DNA of 64,000 nucleotides from NCBI GenBank assembly GCA_951406725.2, contig OX597824.1, positions 30,938,001 through 31,002,000 of the forward strand. The letters run 5' to 3'. The stretch is from Octopus vulgaris (taxonomy: Eukaryota). The notes beneath the pieces were generated by a model. That model was given only the letters and a program-made list of their open reading frames with translations, ran no database searches and had not been told where the DNA came from. The stretch's first letter is position 1; each line of letters opens with the position of its first letter. The translations under genes were made by a program, and so were the position numbers. This document shows, piece after piece, positions 54,550 to 64,000 of the stretch.

Positions 54550-55175
54550 AATTGCATTATTATTTTTTCTGCGTAGCTAATTTCGAATTATTATGAAAGA
54601 TATACTGGTCAAAACACTTCAGTCTTCATATTCGGCATATTCTGCTTTATGAGTTCAATAAAGGCAATAGCGCAACTGAAAACGCGAAGAATATTAATGT
54701 AGTATATAGAATCAGACAATAAGCATAAGCCAGTCTCAACGGTAGTTCTAGAATTTCTGAGCCGGAACCTACAGCCTAGAAGACGAGCCTCATCCTGGAA
54801 TATCTGTTGAGCTCGATGAGGACGTCCTGCAAACCCTTGTAGAAAAAAAATCCCATCATAACTATTGAGAAACTAGCAGAGAAGCTTGGATTTGGCTATT
54901 GGAAAAGTCAGCAAATTGGGTCAACGGGTTCTTCACAAACTTCCCGAATCTAATCGCGCGCAGAGAGTGCTTATGTGCTCTTCTTTTCTGTCACGTCTCA
55001 CGAATGAACCGTTTTCCCACCGAATAGTGACTGGTGACAAGAAATGGGTTCTCTATAAAAATGTCAAGCACCGATGACAGTAAGCACCCACGTAAGGGTT
55101 TGTGTTATGTTTGGTGGAATATGACAAGTTTAGTCCACTTTGACCTTTTAAAGCCTAACCAAACGATAATGCGAA
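54550..55175 (+). mobile_element. Degenerate mariner transposase
   Basis: HIRHILLYEFNKG; HRIVTGDKKWVLYKN; VWWNM..VHFDLLKPNQTI. Confidence 0.85.
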
Positions 55176-55854
55176 TTCGTCCTTTAATTGGAGTAATTTC
55201 CAAAAAGATTTCTAACATTGTTTCTTCATATTTTACTTTGAATTTCCTAGTGTAAATTAGCATAGATATAAAATGTCATATAGATATATTAAGTAAAAGA
55301 TTTAACTTATTAAACAAATTTCAAAAAATTCATTCATATTTTACGTAAACGGAGGAGATTAGATGTTAATATGGATTATGTTTATTTTATTCATGTAGCT
55401 ATACGATCGATTCGACCAAAAAGGCATTAATTTCATTTTAAAAATCTGAGTTGTCAAAACGTGCTGGTCAGTAGCCTAAAAATAAGAAAATAGCTAAAAG
55501 ACATTATAATTACATAGGTATGGTGTTATTACTCCTTTTGTAATGTGTTATTGTTCTTGGAGTCATGTCTATTTAAACTAGACTAAACGATAACACTTGG
55601 GTGCTGATATATATAATACTAATAAGGGTAATATACTCTCAATAGATTTGTATAAAGGAGCTAATTTAAAACTCCCATATATGAAGTAAAAAAAACTGGT
55701 GAGACAGTATTTTAAGGAAAAGACAAACCAAATAAGGAAGTAAAGGATTATGTAATACTAGAGACTAGGATATATGTTTAACCATCGATAGGTTTAGTAA
55801 TTAATTAGAAAAAAGTGCTTGAAAGTAACCATATATGGTTTCTGGTTTATAAAA

Positions 55855-56185
55855 TTAATAATTAGAATAGGAGAGTATTGTAGTTCGCTTGAAGCATAGT
55901 GTATTGTTTGTAATGAATCGTCGAAGGGCAAGGAAGTACGAGGGTAGATGTATGATCTTGATGGTGTTGGGAATCATGTTGATTTTTAAGCAGCGTTTAA
56001 GAAAGTTTATTTGGCATCCGATTTTTGCACGTTTCTCAGACAGCTTGATCAATTCCCTATCGGTCGCGAACTCGGCCTGGCCCAGGCGTAGAGATAGGAG
56101 AGTATTGTAGTTTGCCTGAAGCATTGTGTATTGTTTGTAAAGAATCGTCGAAGGGAAAGGCTGCGGAAACAGGATGGTAGATGTA
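55855..56185 (-). mobile_element. Penelope-like ORF N-terminal fragment with internal duplication
   Basis: KIGCQINFLKRCLKINMIPNTI motif; direct repeat of about 70 bp at 55868 and 56095. Confidence 0.5.
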
Positions 56186-58246
56186 TGTATAATTAAAATG
56201 ACTTGTAAATATTATGTCCAATTTTTACAGAAAAAGTAAGTGTAATATTACGGATCTATGAAGTGGTAGACAGTTAATAAGACAAAAATAAAAATAAAAA
56301 ATAAAATTTTAAATAAGAATTAAAAATAAGAAATTAAAATTTTTGAAGACGCGAGAAAATTTATTTACATTATCCGCTGCTAAAAACATATATAATATCT
56401 ATGTATATAAAATATATATAATATCTATGGAATGGTGTGGAAAAGTTATATTTAATAATAACGTAAGCAGAGGAGTATAATTGTGGTGGAATTAGAGTTA
56501 TATGTAGTGTAGGGGAGATAACAATTAAGGGAACAAACAGTAGCCTTATATTTTCTATATCTATAAAACAGTCTTTTGACGAAAATTGTATGCACATTTC
56601 GCTTTGACGGTTAATGGTGGCACACCCGAAGCTAGGAACGTGCTGAAAATTAGCAGGGATATTAAATGCGTGGTTTGGATGAGAGCCGCGACGGTTAAAA
56701 TTCGCAAATTATAAAGATGTGGTTGCTTTGGCAAAAAGTGAGTTTTTATCGATTTTATAGAGCCCCTCTAGGTTTGTGTGATTGGCTTTTAATGCCCAGC
56801 GGCATGCACTGCAGGCTGTTGTGCTTCATAAACATACATTTTGTCGCGAAATTCCGGCTTCTACGAAACGATTTTTCATTGTGAAAAAACGAGTGCGTTT
56901 TGAACCTCATTTTCTTTTTAATCTTTTTATAAAAGTGAAAGGATTTCGTCCATTTATTTCTGTTGTCCACTTACGACGGTGATTCACTTGACTAGGAAGA
57001 CTATACGTGATGAATATCCAATACCAAACTAACTTAATCTACATATTGAAACTGCATTAAACTTTGGCAAGCTTACCTTTACCTATTCAGAGTTATTTGA
57101 AAGGTGATGTTTCCTTCCCTCTCTTCTGATTGTTGATACCTTTTTTTACCTTGATACCGTTGTTTGACTTTACGGATGCTTCTTTACCCAGCCATTATGA
57201 TATTTCGAGTGCTGTCCATTGTTTCAAATAGCAACTTAAACTGTTCAAAGGACAGGTGTGTTTGCTAGTCTATTTACATAAATATAAAAAGAAAAAAAGT
57301 AAATAGATTGACATCGTGTGTATATGGATGTACACGCAAAAAATTATTTGTCATACATAACGTTATACGCATAAATAATTATGCGTGTACATCCGGTACA
57401 ACCATGTGTGCATATACAAACGATTTTTGTACATAGAAAAATAATTCACTGATAAATAATTACGTATACATATATACATGCATACATACATACATACATA
57501 CATACATACATACATACATACATACATACATACATACATAAATACATACATGCATATATACATACATTCTGCATGTATGAATATGGTCAGACATATTGTT
57601 GCACTTGAATGTATGTCTTTGTGTCGTGTGTTTACATGTACGTTTGTGTAATGTATATGCGAGCGCCTGGATATGTGTACATGTAATCCCGACAAACTAG
57701 GATTCCATATACCCACGTCGTAAGAATTGACAAGTGCACTGTTATATGTATATAATGCAAAGGTGGATGAAAATATCAGAATATTATATTCCTCGAGCAA
57801 CAAAATAATTAGAATTAAAAGTTTTTCAGACGTAACTGTGAGGAGGCTATATTGCTCTTCGGATACCAGACTCTGTAGAAATAATCTATTCATTAGAGGA
57901 TGTCTTGTGGAGAGTAAACAGTCGTTCCATGAACAGCATATCTAGAAAATTACCTCTGAAAACATTCACAAGAAAATATATAAATCACTAATGAACGATG
58001 TGCTTGCAATGATCAATTCAATCAATTCACTTCTTAAGTAAAGTTCAGTGTCACAGTCAGTATAAGTGCTTTAGTATCATTATAGGAATACATGAATACA
58101 TTTTTCGGTTTACCACGAAGTACATTTTTTTTTGTCGCATGTTATCTGTTTACAACTATTTCGTAACATTAAATGTAGGAGAACTCTGTTTAAAAAAAGA
58201 TGCCAATCATTGTTTACATAGCTTACATCATTTCTATTATTTACAG

Positions 58247-58329
58247 ATGCATAGATTAATTATGGAATTACCAAGACGCAGCCGAATGTCTGTGATAGTT
58301 AAGGCCATTCCAAGATCACCTTGTCTCAG
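58247..58329 (+). CDS. Exon 2 (first strands of galectin CRD), copy 2
   Basis: Acceptor tttctattatttacag, donor CTCAG|gtaaca; 83 nt, phase 0 to 2; MHRLIMELPRRSRMSVIVKAIPRSPCL(R) resembles the galectin (G)MSxxIKGxP...R segment; final AG joins the leading A of the central exon to give Arg before LTINL. Confidence 0.7.
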
Positions 58330-59631
58330 GTAACATTTTCAACTTAACATCTTTTTCCTAGTAAATGATGATATAATGGTATACATCCCTGTATGTCTTA
58401 TTTATCTGTAGGTCTACACTTTAAAAATACTTCATTCCTTGTTATCATAAGAGAATGTTAATCATTCTCCTATAATTTTACAACTTTTACCTCCAATACC
58501 ATTAACTTCATACCATCATCTGAAGTTATACTGAACTATATATATTCAGTGAGGACCAGTTGTATCCTTTCCAATTTTATATACAGAATAACTAACTAGG
58601 TTAAATTCGGATTTCTTTTTGCATATAAACCTAGGTTTCATCCTCTTTATTTTTATGTTATTTGATGTATTTATTGTTTGTGTTAGCTTTACAGGAAAAA
58701 CTGTTTATTATCAGTCTACACGTTGATAATTATCTGGGCTTGTAATTTTGCTATTTTCATATTCAGTTGTTACGAATTTATAGACATAACTATCAGTCGT
58801 GATATGAGTTTTGGTAGTCCGTAAATCAAATTTTAATTTACATAGAATGTTTTCCTTTATCGGATTTGAATAAAAAGATTGTATGAATTATTATTACCAT
58901 TTCTTTGTCTATGAAGAATACTGATTTTTCCTCTAGAGGAATGTACTTAATCTTATCCATGATACCCAATACTTTTCGTTATAGTTTACTAAATGTTTCT
59001 TAGCCGACAGTTAAAAAATACTGGTAGAAATATTTCTAACTAGATTACCTATAAGATATGAAGGATAATTAGGTAATCTATGGATATATTGTATCCTGTG
59101 ACTTGGCTTATCTCTTTTTTTTTTTCTATTATACTTATCATTATTATCTATAAAATTTCTAACATGCTACTAATATGCATATTTTCGAAAGGAATTTATG
59201 CATTTGAATCTTAATGCCCTTTATTTCTCTCCAGAATTCGTCTGTATCATATACATCTACCATTGAGCAATATACCACAATAGCTATTTACATATATATT
59301 AGAGGTCAGTGGTGTCAAAAATTGCTTCGGACTTCTGTCATTCTTAATTGATTTATGAAAATAAGGAAATTGACCATTAATTATTTTTTGCGTCAACTAT
59401 CCCATTTTTTTCTGTTGATTTTCCATGGACCATAGTCTTGAGCTCACAGGTTGAGATTGCTTGGAAATTGAAGGCATGTTCTTAAAGCCAGTGTAACCAC
59501 GTTTCTTACTGGCATCAAAATATTTAGCTCTTTCTAAGATTCAATGCATATTAAATCTCTCAATGAATGCAATACATTTACTGTCTATCTTAACTTTACA
59601 GAACAGCAAACTATGTATGTATGTATGCATG

Positions 59632-62040
59632 TGTTGTTGTAGAGTACGACGCCCCCTGGCGAGAATAAACTGAGCCACTACATGTAAAAAGTTGTTGTAT
59701 GAGTAAGTGAGGCTGTTCGTGTCGGAGAGTAGATCCTGCTAGTTCCACAGCCCGTGTGTTGATAGTTCAAAGTTGGAGTTCAACGTTTACAGTTCGATAT
59801 AGCGTGTTGGACTGTTGGTTCTTAAATGATTGTTGTTAAGTTCCGTGTGGTTACTGCCGTTTGATTCGATTATTTTGTTATTACCCTGTTGCAGTGTATT
59901 CGTTAATCCATAAGGATATAACATCTGGCGACGAGGATCGTTCGAAACTCACATTGGTTATTTGACAATTTCTGTGAAATGGGAAACCTATTAACCGCAG
60001 TATTACAGTTTCAAGAGAAACAAGAAGAACAACTAGAGGGGTTGCAAAAACAAATACTGCAACAACAACAACAGCAACAAAACAACAATAACAACAATTA
60101 AATGAGTTACAGTCGGGGAAGTCCGAAAATCCAGCATGCTCGTTTATGCCAGATGGCGTGGCTAACGCAATTTCTGAATCCGGGGGCGGGTATTACGTTT
60201 CCAGCGTATTATAGAAGATATGAGGAAAGTTTTAACAACGAGTTCAAGTCATGGTTGAAGGAGCAGAACTAAGGTTTTTACTACGCAAAGAAGCTCCTAC
60301 TGAACATGAGCGTTACTGTAACATTATTCTGCCAAAAGTCGAGTTAGAATGGCTTTCAAGAAACCGTTGAAGTGCCTTCAAAATTATTTTGTGATAGAAG
60401 TTCATTATTCAACAAAAGTACTGTTCGCGGCAATTAAATCGGTAAATAAAGAGTTGGACAGACTGGAAAAGAGTGGAAGCAGCAGAAAGGAGTCACGGTA
60501 TGTATTTTAAAAAAATGATGAGATTAGGCTGTATGACGATTTAAAAACAGGATTAAACGACTGCTTAAAAACCTACCACTATCCACTCCCGACTACAGAG
60601 GACATTGTTTCAAAGTGAAATGGTGGAAAAGTTTTTTTCCAAATTAGTTCTGTCTGTAGCCTATTTCCAGATAAAGGTATACCAAAAATGTTCAAAGTAT
60701 TTGACAATAATACACACAGAGGATTGTACAGATACATACGATTACCTTTTAGATTACAAGTGGCACCAGCAATATTCCAGTAAATCATGGATACCATGTT
60801 ATCTGAGTGTGAATTTGCAATCCCATATTCGGACGATATTTTGATCAAGAATAATATTCGTGAACAGCATGTGGAACACATGAAGATTGTGTTTAAGAAA
60901 ATGAAAGTTTTCAGGTTCACTTTGAGTGAAGAAAAATGCGAATTCTTTCTGCTATAAATTAAGTACTTAGGGCAAATAATTGATAAAAGTGGGAGACGTC
61001 CTGACCCGTCGAGGGCAGACGCAATAAGGAATATGCCTGTACCGACAAATATTACAACTTTACAAGCATTTCTTGGGTTGGCAAACTATTATCAAAGCTA
61101 TATTCCTGTTATGCACAAGTTAAGAGCTCTATTGCACAACTTATTTTTTTAAAAAAAGGAAATAAAGAGTAATTGGTCCACTAAATGCCTGAACACTTTT
61201 GAAGAAATTTAAAAATTCTTATCTCAGACGTGTCGTTAGCACATTACGATCCTGAAATGGACATCATTGTAGCATCTGATGCTTCCGAGCACGGATTAGG
61301 TGCAGTTCTACTTCATAAATACGAAGACGGAAGTACAAAACCAGTGGATCACGTCTCGCGGTCGGTAACAGCGGCAGAGAAGAGATATTGTCAAATTGAA
61401 AAGGATGCCCTTGCAAATATTTTTGCAGTTAAACATTTCACGGGTTTCTGTGTGGCAGAAGTTTTTTTTAATTACAAAGATACCATAAAACTTTGCTGTC
61501 GATTTATGGGTAAAAAAATGGGTTTTCGATTCATAGGTGTAATATTACTAAATTATAATTTCAAAATGCAATACATCCCATCGAAAAGAATCGGTCATGC
61601 GGACTGCCTTTCGAGATTATTTCGAAAAAATATGGAACTAGTGGAACAAACTGTTATAGCCGCACTGCAGGCAGAAAATGAAATTAAAAGTGTTATGTTG
61701 AACGTTATCCAAGAACGTCCAGTCACGGTACAAACTTTAAAAAATTAGCAGAATATAAATTCAGAAGCCATTAGTTTTTCAATTGGCGACGAAAGAGTGA
61801 TGGTTACAAACTAGTGTATTGCAACAATTTCCCAACGAACATCCAGGAATTGAAATGATGAAAGCTGTGGTGAAGAGTTACGTCTACTGGCCGTCTTAGG
61901 ACCGAGTTATCGAAAACTTGGTGAGAACATGTTGAAGTTGGGTGCTCGCAGCTAGTAAAATATCAATCCTGGCCAGAGACGAAGAACCCATGGTCTAAGT
62001 TACACAGTGACTATGCAGGACCGGTAAGTAACGAACGATT
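59632..62040 (+). mobile_element. Degenerate Gypsy, copy 2 (5' LTR 59632-59923)
   Basis: Paralogue of 20485-23000; RNaseH VASDASEHGLGAVL...QIEK; GHADCLSRL. Confidence 0.9.
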
Positions 62041-62601
62041 CGGGTTCCTGTTGGTATACGTTTTCATTCATGTGCGCTAACTACAGCATTAGAGAATTTC
62101 AACTCTTATTTCTAGCAATGTAGGCGTTTATTAACACCCTAGTCGTATTTAGTGACATTAAAATTTTCCTTTTTGGTGAAACATTGCAACTTACTGTTCA
62201 TGTTAATTTTAAGCATATACATTAACAAATCGCTAAATCATCTACTAAATCATCTACTAATTTGGATGAAAAAAATATATATGTATACTAATAGAGAAGC
62301 AAATCCATAAAAAGGCGAATATCGAGTGTGCTTAACTGATGAGGCAACGGAAATTGCCCAAACTGAGGTCAGTATTAAGAATTCTCGAACGGCATTTTTC
62401 GGAAGATTCAGGCCCCTGTTATTGCATATGCTTTCATTCATTTTATCTCATATTTCTAGCAATGTAGGTGTTTCTTAACACTCTAGTCACATTTAGTGAC
62501 AATTATAATCCCCCATTTGAGAAACATTGCAACCTACTCTTTATATATATGTGTGTGTGTGTTCCTATATATGCATAAACACATATATATATAATTATGT
62601 T

Positions 62602-62633
<32 letters not shown>

Positions 62634-63022
62634 TGTATGTATGTATGTATGTATGTATGTATGTATGTATGTATGTATGTGTGTCAATGTATATATATAT
62701 ATATATATAATACGAAAAAGAGATCATATAGGAGAAACGATGGTTATGTTATGATCTTCCTTGCCTGAGAGCTTTTTCTACTATAACGTACAGTGGACTT
62801 GGAGTTGAGAGGCTGAATAACATCCTGTGGCTTAATCGGCGCCTCCAATATCAAGTCCAACATATTTAGGAAAATACCAATTACAAATGTAGGCACTGAT
62901 TAAGATATAGGATATTCAGCCAATCAAATTCGAGTCTACTGTATCTTATAGTAGAAATAGATGTAAGATAATGAAGTTCATAATATAACCATCGTTTCTT
63001 CTGTGTTGTCTCTTTTTTGTAT

Positions 63023-63093
<71 letters not shown>

Positions 63094-64000
63094 CGTACTT
63101 TTATTTAATTTTATTATTTTATTATTTTATAATTGTTATATGTGAACTAAAATCTAAAAGTATTAAGTGTGATTGTTTTGTAAAATAGTTTGCAACGTAA
63201 AATATTAGAGTATAGCTAGTGAAAAGATATGCTATAGTTTATTAATGTTATTCTTAAAGCTAAATTATATCTTCACAGATAAATAGATATTTGTATCTAT
63301 TTACTCTATTTTTTACCTTAGGTTTTTAACATGAAAAATGTATTATAGTACTTTTCTACTGTTTAAGTTTCAAATTTAGTTAATGAATATCTTCTCTAAG
63401 AACAATCATGATTCAATTTCCTTAAAAAATATTGTTTAATTCTATTAGATTATTTATTTAACTCTTATTGTTATTATTGTTGACCTGAGGAATGACTACT
63501 TTTAAATTGAATTGTTTTTCGACTAAATTTAAATTTAATTGTAGCTCGAATTGAAATTATTGCCATGAAACGTACGTAGTCTTTTTACTTATATATTGTT
63601 TATTGTTTTATGATCTAGTTATTTGTTTTATAATATATTTTATTTTTTCTTAATGATTTGGTTTATGTCTATCATTGTTTGAATTACATAATAGAGTTTT
63701 TTCTCTAATTTATAAATATAATTTTTTCCATCGTCTTGACTTAACAGCCCTCATCGTATGTTTTTACTGCATTATTCTCTTTGTTCTGTCTTTTACTGTC
63801 TTCTTTTGTTCTTACTATCCTGTTCTTGTTACCAGTTTAAAACCCTCCGCAAAAAATCCCAAATTTTATTTAATTTGCTTTGCGGGAAGAACTGTTTCAA
63901 CGAAGTCGCGTCTTGTCCTTAGCTCCGAACGCGGAGTAGACGAAGCAGAGACAACTAAAGAAGGGGAATTTGTGTTGTATGTCTTGTACTCTGTTTTTTC

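Overview
AT-rich, microsatellite-dense animal genomic DNA, very probably an octopus/cephalopod genome (inferred from the SINE families). It is mostly decayed transposons: Penelope-like, RTE and R4/Dong LINEs, Gypsy, mariner/Tc1, non-autonomous Helitrons and SINEs. The window is a tandem segmental duplication: about 3.4-24.8 kb (copy 1) recurs at about 29.7-64 kb (copy 2), with several kb-scale indels. The duplicated unit carries a + strand intron-containing gene that the ORF track does not show as a gene. Its exons are a signal-peptide exon (11135-11251 and 49148-49261, phase 0), a galectin first-strand exon (58247-58329, phase 0 to 2, copy 2 only) and a galectin central CRD exon (25766-25964, phase 2 to 0, copy 1). 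The phases are compatible, giving a galectin-fold protein with a classical leader, altered sugar-binding residues and a hypervariable N-terminus. Copy 1 appears disabled by a 4.9 kb deletion of exon 2. The last CRD exon was not located with confidence. Most other ORFs in the track are microsatellite artefacts or TE fragments. Identities and TE boundaries are by-eye estimates.
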